Source: Nemertoderma westbladi
Lineage: Eukaryota > Animalia > Xenacoelomorpha
Reading direction: 5' to 3'
DNA: 64,000 nt
Assembly: GCA_032718475.1 (NCBI GenBank)
Contig: JAUCBJ010003953.1
Location: 62,001-126,000 of the forward strand
This document shows, piece after piece, positions 49,011-61,597 of the stretch. The position numbers and the translations under genes were made by a program. Within the stretch, counting starts at the first letter, position 1. Every line of letters begins with the position of its first letter. Below the pieces are notes generated by a model. It was given only the letters and a program-made list of their open reading frames with translations, did not search any database and had not been told where the DNA came from.

Positions 49011-50602
49011 ACTTACTTGCCTTAAAATCAGAGATACTTTAGTTAAACAAACTGTGAACATTACAATAAGATTATGCAGTTAGTAAAGGGTTAAGTTAAG
49101 ATCTTGACAAAAGGATCTCAGACGGCATTTAACGGGGACCAAGTTTTATTCAAGGAGGAATTTTCTTCCTTACACAATAATGTGTCTAGAGAAACCCGAA
49201 TTACAAAGTGGGAGGGGAGGAAAACGTTGTGATCAAAACCGGGTTTGGTGGTTAGATGACGTACGAGCGAACATTATAGATCTACACGGCTGCACTGGCG
49301 AGCAATGTTAACCACACTGAATGGCGGGATATGGAGAGATGCTTGGAGAATAATCATTCATTCGAATATATTTTAGGATATTTTTCGAATATAAACTTAA
49401 GAATACATTTCCCATATCTATTCAATTCCTACTCGCCAACGTTCGGATTTCAAAACTCCTTGCACATCGCATAATTAACTTATAATAAAGTGTTAGATTA
49501 TAAGTCTTGAAGTAAATAGTTATCATAAAGTAAGTTAATTACAATTTATTAAAGTTTTTGGATCTGTTTCTTTTCTCAAATCAATGAGAATGGTCAACCA
49601 CAATAATGGAATGAATGGAGCAATATTATCTAAGGGACACCAGGAAGTCTGTACTAATTTAAAGTAAATTAATAACATTTAAGGCTCTCATATAAAATGC
49701 TACGGTAGACGATTGCTTTTGGTTAGACAGAAGTAAGCTAATATACTGTACAGTAGTACCATGTCCTACTTTATTGCCAACATAACATATGTATGCTGTA
49801 TACAATATCTTAATATAAGAACGTCTGATATACAGTACATAACGTCCAATAATTGGTATTCTATGCAATCTTAAGAGTACAAAAATTGATGAAAAGAACA
49901 TTAAATAGAACATATTATTATACGTAAACTTTATTAACTGCTGTAAAAATTCCTTAGTATAACTAACAAATCAACACTACTGTATCGATTTACCGAACTC
50001 AAAAAATGATTTTTCCTGTAACGAAAAACTGTAACGAAACTTTTGTTGGCAAAGGTTTCAATTAAATTTAATAATAATATCAAGAAAAACTTAATAATAT
50101 TTTTCCAAAAGAATAAATATTTGTTTCATTACCTATCTACAGTATTACTACTGTATAAAATAAAATTATTAAAGATATATATTTATTTTATTTACACAAA
50201 ATTCGGCTATGCCAAGGTTATTGTAGGTCGGACTATAATTACATTATTATTTTTATGTACCGGTTTTTAAGTAGAGTAATTAGTTATGAATTTACCCGGC
50301 TCTATCAATGGCTGACAGTTATTAATAATCACGTTTATATAATGTACATTTGGCCTCCATTACACACAATGTTAATGAAACACTATTAATTCCAGTAACA
50401 TACTGTAAATTACTGTATGATATTATAATGATTGATATTCATTCATTCTTACTACCCAAGTATAAGATATCCAAAATATGTATGTATAGCCAGCCTATTT
50501 AGCAATATTGTTTCATACACTGGGACCGGGGTGGTTTGTACTGTATGATCTGGTATAGTTGGATTGTAACTGTAGGTGTAGCGAAGAGGATATTTAGTTA
50601 TA

Positions 50603-51191
50603 GGCCCGGGCTCCACTGGAAAGTCGTAAGCTATAAGTCGAAACGATGAAACACAGTGGTTTCAATTGGAGCGTTTCGACTGGTATATCATAAGTCTTAA
50701 GTCGTTTGTTGCGAATCATTATATCCGACTAGAGGGCTGTGATTGGTTACTTTGGGTAGCAGCAAAATTATCACCAAAGGTTTTAAATGACATGACATGG
50801 TGTAATTCTTAAATTTTTCCTCCTAAATCTTTTCCCCTTAAATTTATTCTCTTAGCTGTGTGTATAATTTTTCCATTATACTCCTCGTATTTCGCTTGAC
50901 ATTTATAGGGTCAACCCAATAAAGCCTTTGGCGACGCTTTTCTCTCCTCCGTTTTAACCATTTATAGATAATATAGGTTTATGTTGGATCACTCGTTATA
51001 TAAAAACGAATTAAAGTTGATTAATTTATAAATCCCTTATGAATTTTGTTCCATTAAATGTGAGACACATCTTATATTTTTTAACAAAAGACTTCACTTA
51101 CCAATGCAGCACGGGAGCTATACTTTTGACACACGTAATCTGAAAACGATTTATGACTTACGACTCATGAGTTACCAGTGCAGCACGGGCC
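50603..51191. mobile_element. PIF/Harbinger-like MITE
   Basis: TIRs GGCCCGGGCTCCACTGG / CCAGTGCAGCACGGGCC with subterminal AGTCGTAAG / CTTACGACT; TA/TTA flanks. Confidence 0.6.
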
Positions 51192-51453
51192 TTACAGTAT
51201 TGATTCGAATTAGTCAAATTAATTGATTTAAAGGCCAAAAAGGCCGTTACATTGTGAGATGGGGGGGGGGGGGGGGGGTGATGCAATGCACATCTCGGCG
51301 AATTAATATTAGCGGATTACGATGCAGGTTACAGTAGCACGTTATTATAACCAAAACAATAAACGAAAGACAATACAGTAGTAAATACAGTCAATGGACA
51401 TGGTTATAAATTTTAAAACAATGATTATGTGAATTACATTTCTATTATCCGAC

Positions 51454-52056
51454 ATGTATACAATTAATTGTATTTTAGTTGGTGAACCCTACGTTGGTAA
51501 GACACACCTGATTGACTGTCACATAGAGAAGACAATAACTGAACAGTCATTATCATTAAACGGGACTGATAATAATGATTATGATTATAGTAATGGGAAA
51601 GCTATTCCTTATCATATGCGATTGTTGGATTACAGTGGATACGATGGAACGCAAAGTTTGAATCCTGCAGAGAACGGTTACGATGGAGACCAAACGGTGG
51701 CTCTTGTGTGTTTCTCCGTGGTTCACCCGGCTTCTTTCCATAGAGTTAAACATTTCTGGGCGAGGGAAGTGAAAACAAAATGCCCGGGCGCACCAATCAT
51801 ATTACTGGGCACAAAGATTGACCTTCGAGATGGCGATCCCAACATCATTAGGGTAATGAGAGCTAAAGGCCAGGTCCCGATTACAAAAGACGAGGGAGAC
51901 CTTATAGCTAGTAAGATCGGAGCTCACAGATACATGGAATGCAGTGCGGAGACGGGGGAAGGACTCGATGACGTGTTCCATCACCTTGTTTATGCGAGTC
52001 GCATAGCAACCGATAAACAAACTAAGTCGGACTGCCACCACTGTCGTATTAGTTAA
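51454..52056 (+). CDS. Atypical Rho-family small GTPase, intronless
   Basis: 200 aa: P-loop GEPYVGKT, DxxG (DYSG), LVCFSVVHPASF..W..EV..CPGAPIILLGTKIDLR, Rho insert, YMECSA, C-terminal CaaX CRIS. Confidence 0.85.
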   Translation: MYTINCILVGEPYVGKTHLIDCHIEKTITEQSLSLNGTDNNDYDYSNGKAIPYHMRLLDYSGYDGTQSLNPAENGYDGDQTVALVCFSVVHPASFHRVKHFWAREVKTKCPGAPIILLGTKIDLRDGDPNIIRVMRAKGQVPITKDEGDLIASKIGAHRYMECSAETGEGLDDVFHHLVYASRIATDKQTKSDCHHCRIS

Positions 52057-53299
52057 TACAAATCATACATTAAGTTTGGGTGCATATATATCTATACTAT
52101 TGACTATTTTTAAAAAAATGACTGTTATTGCCTACATACTGTACATATGTTAAGCTTAAGGCAACAGCGAATATTAGGATAATTCAAACTCTGCAACTAT
52201 TGATAGTCTAATTAAAATAAATATTCATGTTTTATCTTTTATAGCTGTTTCGGCTCCTACAGAAAGGTGTTAATGGCGGTTTAGTGGGATTCGCAAGTTA
52301 TTAATTAAATTTAAAACATTAGTGGTCAATGATAGACAATCACAGTTCGTTTTACTCCAAACCACAAGGTAAAGTGTACCAATATCCATACCATAAAAGC
52401 AACTGGTACTGGAGTCTTACTAATAATTACATTTGAACAAACTACAGTACTTCCCCCAGACTATATATATACATATATTTCGCGAAGGTTTATTTGAAAT
52501 TAAACGGCAATTATTTTAATTAGACCATGTATCTTTTTTGTTTATGAATGATATAGGACGCTGAAAGTGCGAGATATGGCGCTTTCGCCCCTGCTTTAAC
52601 CTTTTCGATAACTTTCGCATACTTTTCGGTAGCTTTCTTTAATTGTCCTCTTTCAGAACTATCCAATAAATAATATGAGCTAAATTCTCTAATTCTAGAA
52701 CATTCATTTATATATTCAGTACAGCTTGAAAAGGCTCAAAAAAAGACTGAACGACTGAAGCAGCGCGGAAACGGCCTTTATCCTTGTATCGAGTTTGATA
52801 AAACTCATTTTATTAATGAAAATAAAATCCAAGAAAAGTCATACTTGTCAACCATTCAGTCTATAATCAGTTATATTTAATTGTTACATCTGTACATTCA
52901 GACATTTGACCATGAATCTACCGTTTGATGATGCGATGCTGATGCTAATGTTCACAAGTATTGACACATTTACATATTAACTATAAACCGGTAACTATTG
53001 CAGTTTGCAAAAATATATAGGCCTGTAGGAATTATTTCCCGCTAGCGGTAACATTATAGTGCTGCACAGTACAGCAGTTTGTAGGCTACGGTAGTGCAGT
53101 AAGTAGGCCTAAAACCAATAACAGTTAATAACCCTACAACATCAGATACAAGATCATTATACTGCATAGCTAATAATAATAATCGGGTTTTTTAATAGTC
53201 CGCCCAGATGAAGTTTTAATCGGTCCACTATCAGACTCTGCTACAATCCTTTATAGACTATGCTCACGCGGAAACTAAATTATAAATCAATAATACTAG

Positions 53300-53945
53300 C
53301 ATTGTACTAACTATTTACATACTTGTTTGTAAATTAGCACTTTACAGTGTGATGATCTGAGTGGTTTTGTTACACGAACGAACGTTAGTGAGTGAAAATA
53401 AAGCCACGAGGATCAGAACACTGTAAGTGTAAAGTACTTTGCAACAAATATGTATGTAGTTTTATTCCAAAATTTTTAACATTACGAAATGATTGTACAT
53501 ATACATTATAAGTGATACAAACTGCACAAATTATATTAGTTGCTGTAGAAATAATTGTAAAAATGACATAAATTATGTTATAAATAAGTTAGCTTATATT
53601 TATGGTGGCGTTTGGAGACATGTTATAATAATATAGCTAGGCCCTACTGGTTATTAATAGCTATACCCCGCCTACCAGTAGGTAATGCAGTAAGCCTATC
53701 TGGCTGTCAGGCAAATTTCTACCTATTGCTTACGTGGTAACCATTGACTGCGTTAAGTAATGTCCCCTGAGTGGACATTACTTAACGCCGTCATGGGTTA
53801 CCACGTAAACAATAACACCAAATACGATACTAAATGTACAGACCAATACAATGCTGTAATGTTCTCTAAAGTTGTAAAGTGCTAAATAACAACTCGCTGT
53901 TAATAGTAACGGCATTGAGTAATGTTACAATTTTGGAATAAAATA
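53300..53945. mobile_element. Non-autonomous hairpin-rich repeat element
   Basis: Hairpins at ~53336-53437 and ~53725-53814; inverted TTTATTCCAAAATT (53461) / AATTTTGGAATAAA (53929). Confidence 0.5.
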
Positions 53946-54955
53946 TGTTTTCAGTAATTGACAATAAGTTATCACTCCATAGCAAGAACTAGACTAGCTA
54001 CAGTAGTAGAGTACCCCTTGGTCCATAGCGATGGCAGATTCCTCCGAGCTGGTAGCTGGCACGGAAACGGGTTCCATCACGGGCGGATCCAGGAACTCCT
54101 TAAAGGAGGCTGGGAGGCGAACTATTCTAGAATATCGTGTATTTATTCAATATAATAAATGGCCAGCTGCGGAAGCAAATACATACAACATTCGAATGTT
54201 TCCTCCACAGAACAAGTTATTTATTTAAAAAGTATAAAGTACAAATTCCAAATTCAGACCGTAGAAACTCAATACAATAATCAGTACTAACCAAATTACT
54301 AATATCCGCTTACATGATACAACTTGGAAATTATTGAACCTAAAGTTTGTAATATCGTATATCATGTTGCTTAGTAAATCCATCCATAGTAGGTCATTAT
54401 GTTATTATAGTTATAGGACATTTTAAGGTGATTCATTCCAATCCAATGATTGCAATAATATTATAAAGTCATTCGCGTTTAAAAATTGGCAACTTGCCTT
54501 GAAAAACTCTGGACTGCCAGACTGAATTTAGTTAAGATGACGAGTTGCTTTGAAATTAACATTATTATTTTGTTCATTTGTTTTTACATAAATTTTCCCT
54601 CCTATCTACTGTACAGTACAATATTGTCAATATTACAATTTACTTTACAGTGTAAGTAAATCATAGGCCCTACTGCTCAACAATACCGGTAATTGAAAAC
54701 AATTTTAACAAAAACAATTCAAATAGAAATCGTCAATCGGATAAAGGCCTACATGCAAAATCGTAGATAATAACAAATCAAATATCAAAAATAAAGGGTT
54801 GTGTCACTCACTGCACTGTTAACACAATCCACCAATTCGAAAACCAATGTCCACTAATAGCAACGAGAGTCAATAGCACAGTTCATAATCAGCTGTTATT
54901 AGTTCAATTTCTCCTGGAGAAGCTACATATATATATGCCTAATCATAATGCAAAA

Positions 54956-56544
54956 TTAATAGTCAACGGATGATGTAATAACTTTAGTAAACTTATAAGT
55001 TTTAGCGGCATTCAAATAGGAACAGGAACTAGCTATACCATCGGGATCGGGATTGTTCGTTCATCTGTTCATCGTTCTAATGGAGCGGAGGAACGCAGAT
55101 AGTTCCTCTTTGTAGGGATCCTCGGGGGGGAACTTGTAAAGGGAAACCCGATCGTCGGAGGAACGAACTCTCAGCTGGCACTCGGCGACGTACGGATCGG
55201 TTAAAGTCAACCCCAATCCGAATCACCTCAATCTCAACCTCGTACCGTCGGCCGTGCGGAGCGATCGCGTGCAGCAAGGACCCCACCGCCCCGTTGCTAA
55301 ACTTCCAATAAGAAACGGTAACCCGCGGTAGTCGGTTGCTGGGAGACTGACCCAGGTCTACGTTGGGTTGCTGGGCAACCAACCGACCGGCGGTCTCCTC
55401 GGCGGACACGACATTTGTCCGGACGCTGTCCAACTGGACCTCCCCGACCAGGAATTGCGCCAAGTCGCACACGTGAGGGGCCTGTTCGACGATGCGACCC
55501 CCGCTGAGCGACACGTCTCACCAGAACGGGTGATCCATCAGTGAGTATGAGCAGTAGAACTGACATTTATTATAGGCCATAAACCGGGCCCCCGTGAGCG
55601 GCGATTAATTCGCGCATTTTGCGAACCCCGCCGTGATACCGGAACATGTAACCGACCGAGGTGCAGCAGTCGCTCTCCGTCCGAGCGGTTTCCATTGAGT
55701 CGAGTCACTCATCGAACTCCGAGAGATGGGCCAATGAGATGGGTTTCTCGATAAACGTGTTTAAACCTCGTTGAATGCAGCTCAATTCCAATGGATGGCG
55801 CAAAGAACCGTGGTAAAATGGAGGTACTCCTATAAAAACTGCGTCTACTTTCTGGCTTTCAGTTTGCGATAAAAACGTATCCAAAGACGAATAAACCGCG
55901 CAGTCTTTGTACATAGACAATGCTGATTGGGATAGACGTGTCTCCAGCCCCTGGTTCGCTTTGTCCACCAATGGGTCTACTATTGCAACCATCCGCACCC
56001 CGCCAATAGATTCCAGTCTGGACGCGTGGTCCCATATGGTCCATCTTTGGCACCACCAAAGTTACAGGATTAATGAAGGCAAGGAAGGGTCTTTCACCAC
56101 GTGGATATAAAGAACGGAAGTTACTTATTTACCGTATGGCCATTCCACTTCAGCGGTATAATCAAATAAAATAGTGTTAAAATATAATTTGGTTAAATTT
56201 AAAAAATAGTTCACAATTTAAAAGTTTAGGGTACTTGCGGTGGCGGGGCTACTGCCTAAGCAAAGCACTGACTGTTAACTAGAAAAACGTCGTTCCGGTT
56301 AATCCAAAACCTTAGTTTAAGATAAGAGAAGGAAAAACGTTCCGGTTAATCCAAAACCTAAGTTTAAGAGAAGAGAAGGAAAAACGTCGTTCCGGCTAAT
56401 CCAAAACCTTAGTTTAAGAAAAGAGAAGTGAAAAACGTCGTTCCGGTTAATACAAAACCCAAGTTTACTACCAAAGTTCACCGCTCCGGCGCCAATAAAT
56501 GCTATGTTTAAATCCCGGTCTAAATCCCCCTTTGTAGTGGCCAT
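54956..56544 (-). pseudogene. Gfo/Idh/MocA-family NAD(P)-dependent oxidoreductase pseudogene
   Basis: IAFIGAGAVNFG..PWDHASRLE..VAIVDP..DAVFIGVPPFYHG..FIEKPIS..SVGYMFRY..PFW*D..SGGRIVEQAPHVCDL..NAAKTY. In-frame TGA at 55705-55707 and ~55518, several frameshifts and a 406-bp insertion. Confidence 0.85.
56064..56469. mobile_element. 406-bp insertion with 9-bp flanking duplication inside the oxidoreductase
   Basis: ACCAAAGTT at 56055-56063 and 56470-56478; contains a ~50-bp tandem repeat x4 at 56281-56467. Confidence 0.6.
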
Positions 56545-57950
56545 TATTTGATTTATAGCGGCACCAGTATTTTCTATTTGGAAAAAAACAACGCACAAAG
56601 CAAAGTTCACGAGTGGACTCACTATGCGATCTACTCTCGAACAATAGCTACAGATCTGATGTTGACACAGCAGTTATTGTACTGTATTTGTTTTGCACAG
56701 CGTTCACTCATTGGACCTAGATACTGATGTAGTCAACAATCGTAGTAAATGAATGAACGAATTAAATTGCATTTACTAATTGCATTGCACATGCACACCC
56801 ATTACAAATATTCAGCGCCTACAGTGGGGCGAGCCACAAAGTATAGCCAGTCTTGGGCTTCATCAGTTATCCAAGTAATGATATTCTATAAGAAAGAAGC
56901 ACATTTTTAATTAACTGAAATTTGATTGTTCTGTCCGAGTGAAATGATTTTTGCACGCACAAAGCGAGAATACCAAAAGGTGCAAAATTCAATACACGGG
57001 GCAGAATATCTGAATTTCGGTTAAATGGAATTAGTGACAAGGAGTTCTTTCACTTTCAGACACGTTTTTTTATGGAACACGCAACGCACTATTTAATTTA
57101 AAAAATTTAACGAGTTACCGGTACTAATTTTACATTTCATTTACATTATAGGTATATATACCAGAACATACTGCCCAGACGTGTAATTATAATTTTCTGT
57201 ATGTTTAGTACCATTGAAGGATTTGGATGTTATAATTATTTTAATTATAATTATTTTGTAATAAATAAATACGAAATGTCTCTACAGTATAATATAACAC
57301 CACAATATAATATTTTAATCAGGGGCTACGTGCAGATATTAAATGTATTACACGGTGGTTCCCCGACAAAAAACACTTATCTGTGATTATAATATTATAT
57401 CAAATATTTAATATACAATTTTCACTCCTGCACTCGGGTCTCAATCTCGAAACCAGTAAATAATAGCTCCTGCGCTCTAACGACTGATCAAAGATGTTGC
57501 ACTTTCTATCACTGAAATAGTGATATAAAGACTTTCTGTCATTAATTAAGTGATATAAAGACTTTCTGTCACTAATTAAGTGATAATAACAACAGTGAAA
57601 TATATTTTCTAGAAATTTTAGTGAGAAATTGTGTATTTTTCAGATAAAATATATTAATATCATCACCAAAAATGTATTTCTAAACCATACCATGTGAATT
57701 AATTAAGTACAGTAGCTCAATCTGTCGGGCTAATATCATTTCCATAACTTTACAATATTGCTTCTGAATCATAAAATATCTGAATGTATATTTGGCACAC
57801 GTACCCGGTAGATTGTATTCAGTTACCTACTGTAGTCTATATTTAAATAGTATTTACTGTATTTGTGTATAATTTCCATGGTTTTAAGATATATTTTACT
57901 GTTTCCCTTTAATAATTCATGAATGAAGAACTAAAAATAAAGTTTAATTT

Positions 57951-58520
57951 ATGGATAATATATTATCATTAAAATATAGTTCACAAAAACTTTTGGATTT
58001 CTGGTTTTCAGAACATGCAGAGAACCTGTGGTGGTGCAAGAATGACAATTTTGATCAAGAAATATCTGAAAAATTTCTCCGTATCTATCAAAGAGCAAAG
58101 GAACCGGGATGTTTATGGGATAATAATTCCCCAAGAGACTATTTGGCTACTATAATTATGTTGGATCAATTGCCTCGTAATATGTTTCGAGGGATGCCGG
58201 AAGCATTCGCATCCGATGAACTGGCATTAGATGTTGCTAAACAAGCAATGGAAAAGGGATACGACAAAGACCTTAGTGATAAAGAACGATTGTTTCTCTA
58301 TATGCCTTTTCAGCACAGTGAAAACATAACCGAACAAGAGAAATCAGTAGAACTTTTCAAACAATTTGAGAGTAAAACATCTCCTGATTACGACTATGCA
58401 GTTAGACACAGAGATATTGTTAAACGGTTCGGACGATTTCCGCATCGCAACTCTATTTTAGGGCGGATTTCTACGCAGGAAGAGATTGCGTTTTTAAATC
58501 AACCGGATTCTGGTTTCTAG
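57951..58520 (+). CDS. DUF924 family protein, intronless
   Basis: 189 aa: LLDFWF, W..KNDNFDQEI, LATIIMLDQLPRNMFRG, AFASD..AL, RLFLYMPFQHSE, RHRDIVKRFGRFPHRNSILGRISTQEE..FL. Confidence 0.9.
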   Translation: MDNILSLKYSSQKLLDFWFSEHAENLWWCKNDNFDQEISEKFLRIYQRAKEPGCLWDNNSPRDYLATIIMLDQLPRNMFRGMPEAFASDELALDVAKQAMEKGYDKDLSDKERLFLYMPFQHSENITEQEKSVELFKQFESKTSPDYDYAVRHRDIVKRFGRFPHRNSILGRISTQEEIAFLNQPDSGF

Positions 58521-58689
58521 AAAGTTATTCGTGATTGAAATATGAAGAGCAGTTGATCATAACAATTAAGGAACAGTTTGTTCTCGTAGAACAATCGACC
58601 GCTCACAATATTCAGTTGGAAAATAGTGATATGACTATTGACTTATAATCATAAATAAGGGGTGGGTATATCCCCTATCGTCAAAATTT

Positions 58690-59400
58690 CACAAATGTGT
58701 TTTTTTTTATTTCTTCTCGAGCAGAATTTAATTAGGATCTCAAATCTGTAAACCACTTAGCGAGATCTCTTTTAGTTCTCGAGTTATTGCTATTTTCCGT
58801 ATGACGGTCAGCCCGTCAAATTCTAAGACAGACAGACAGACTAGATCCCACAAAACAATAAAACTGACATCGCAAATGAAATCAGTGACCCCGAAAACCC
58901 CCGTGGTGAAAATATTAGCTCGGTGATGTGCTTCCTTCGTGATCAACCAACCAGAGACTCCGGACTGCCAGTTTTGGGCGGGAATTTCTAAACTTTGAAG
59001 GCAATTATCTCGGAATGACATTTTTATTTTTAAAAATAATACTCCTCCGCTATTTTTCAACCAGTTGTCTTTATTTTTGGCACATTCGAAAGGATTTCGG
59101 AAGTTCTTTAAAAGTTATCGGTTGGAATTTTAATAAATTTAAATTTTGTGTAAATTATCCGATTTTAATTAAAAGGTTACAGTTTTAGGTAAAATTAATT
59201 AAAATGGCTAATTAAAATTTATACAAGATAACTTTTGTAGATTCGATGGCGCTGAGTCCAAAAAAGTTGCTTTTAAGAAATTTGGACAATGATTGAGGAA
59301 GAAGTAGCGAAATTTTAGTGAATTATTTAATTCCGTCGCCAGCCGCTAGGGGAGAGTTCGAAAGTTTTAGGTTTTTTTCACTACGAGAGTTTTGTAAATA
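58690..59400. mobile_element. Possible DINE-1/Helentron-associated interspersed element
   Basis: GACAGACAGACAGAC microsatellite with nearby TTCTCGAGTTAT and GACCCCGAAAACCCCCG motifs recalled from such elements; ends undefined. Confidence 0.35.
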
Positions 59401-61597
59401 AATCCGCAGTAGAAAAAACATGCGCCACTTTCGGATGCCCATATCTGAGTTATTATTTAAAGAAATACACAAATTTATACATATTTTGACAGGTTGGTGG
59501 GGGGGGGGGGGGGGGGGTGTATTGACTTTCATTTATTGTTTTGGTTAGAATAACGTGCCACTTGAACCTGCTCATCTGACTAACCTATTCGACCTGTGTC
59601 GATTTACCTGTTAAGCCACCTCTCCGAAGGACTGAGGATAGCTGCGGTGCGACATGTGTAGTATCGATGGTAACACTATATCGGGTATGGGGTAACACAA
59701 TTTCTATAAAGGCCTCCCTAAATTCGGCCAACCCAACATCCCAATTTTATTAGAAATGATTTAAATCTCTACAAATATATTAAAACTTATTATGTTCACT
59801 ATAAATAGTTTTTATTAATCGTTTATCTCATTAACGATACGTCCGTTTCGTACATTTGAAATTGTAGGTATTATAGTACTGACACTGTACGTACAACTAA
59901 CATATTAAACGCATATCATAAAATACAAATAAAACATTAAAAACAATAGCTTATATTAATAGGGGGTCGCCCATAAAGGACGTCCGAGTAAATGCCGGAC
60001 TTTCATTCTATGCCGCAATATATATGGGCTTCACCTACAACTACAAGCGAATAGCCCCCCCCCCCCCCCCCCCCCCCGACCTCGGACGTATTTTATTGAC
60101 GACCCCTAATAACAATGCTTTATTATAATATATCAATAGAGATAGATACAAAGGTAAGTAAGTATAATATATCGAAAAGCAATGAAACAAGGCGAGGGGT
60201 ATATTTGTTACTGCAGTACCACAAACTTACGCCGGTTACGTTTCTGTTTTGCCATATCAATAGATTCATGAGCGGTGCGTTGCGTAATATAAATGTTTTT
60301 TTTTTAGTTTTTAATAATAACAATACTGCGTGTGCTGTATAATAATAATAATAATACTTTAGGTTTAACTATTTTTACTAATTCATTAAATATTGAGTGG
60401 TCAATAACTCATTGTGTTAGAAATCCATTTATTAATATCGAAACAGAGCAGAATGTACATAAATAATTTATAACGTATAATTCATTGAATTGTGATCAAT
60501 TAATTAATTAGTAACCATATATATAATTAAAGATAGCTATTACTGAACAAGCAACTTGACTTCATACAAGAAGTCACGCTAAAGAAAAATAATAACAAAT
60601 CCAAATAAACAGATAATTTACAAAAAGTAATTCCACATAAAGTTATACACAAAAGGAGGTTCGGGAACTCACCACATACAGGGTGATATTGGGTGTCTCC
60701 TGCAAATAATCGCACCTACCATCCTCCCCAAGCTAACTATATAATAGCATTCAAAGTTACAAAAAATACTGACAAATATTTCCTCCCCGTAAACATAAAT
60801 GATTGCCAATATATTTATCACCATAACACTCCCACTACCTATTTTCTGAATTTCTACACAGAAAGAAATAATTTCGCCTTCAAATATTCTTCTATAAAAC
60901 GCCAGCTTTGTTTGCATAAAAAAGCTTCGCCTATTCTATAGCCAAGCCATTCACCTTGTTGGGAGATTATTGGTTGAATATAGAGGTATTTGTATTGGCA
61001 GGTACTGTGGGACCGACAACCGCCTTAAATTCCTAAACTGTACAAACTGCCCCCGACTTGTAACTCTAGACAGTGGTTGACCCTGACCCTGACCATGACC
61101 ACCCCCACCCCCCCCCCCCACCCCTCCGTTGTATTACATGTTACCCTCATACTGCATATTCTATACGATATTTTACTCACGCAATTAAATTTACTCCGCT
61201 CGGTGTGTATCTAGGAAAAGTAAGATTCTTTAGAAGCGTACGCTTTTACTAATCGAATCAAACCCTACATATTCTTCGTTAAATAAAATGCTGACTCTGA
61301 CTCACCCAGTAGGAAACCGGGAGGTCAAAATATCTATGTGGTTATAATTCGTTTTAAGGGACCAACTCTGCCGGTACTCCTTACTTACTCTTACTGGGAT
61401 ATTGGTTTGTTCGTCGCTCTAAATATATTTCAAATTCCACATAATTACATAATATAAATCATCAAATGCTGCGCCTATTCAGTATTCACGGTCTACAGTA
61501 ACCATGGAAGCAAAGTTGTTTTACAATGTTCACTTCGTCAATATAGTATGATAAACCCTTTATGACAAAAAGTAATAAATAACATGAATGAATAAAG

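Noticed and set aside
55705-55707. TGA codons in the oxidoreductase as selenocysteine or readthrough
   Set aside because: They are accompanied by several frameshifts and an insertion, and one TGA replaces an expected Trp; ordinary pseudogenisation.
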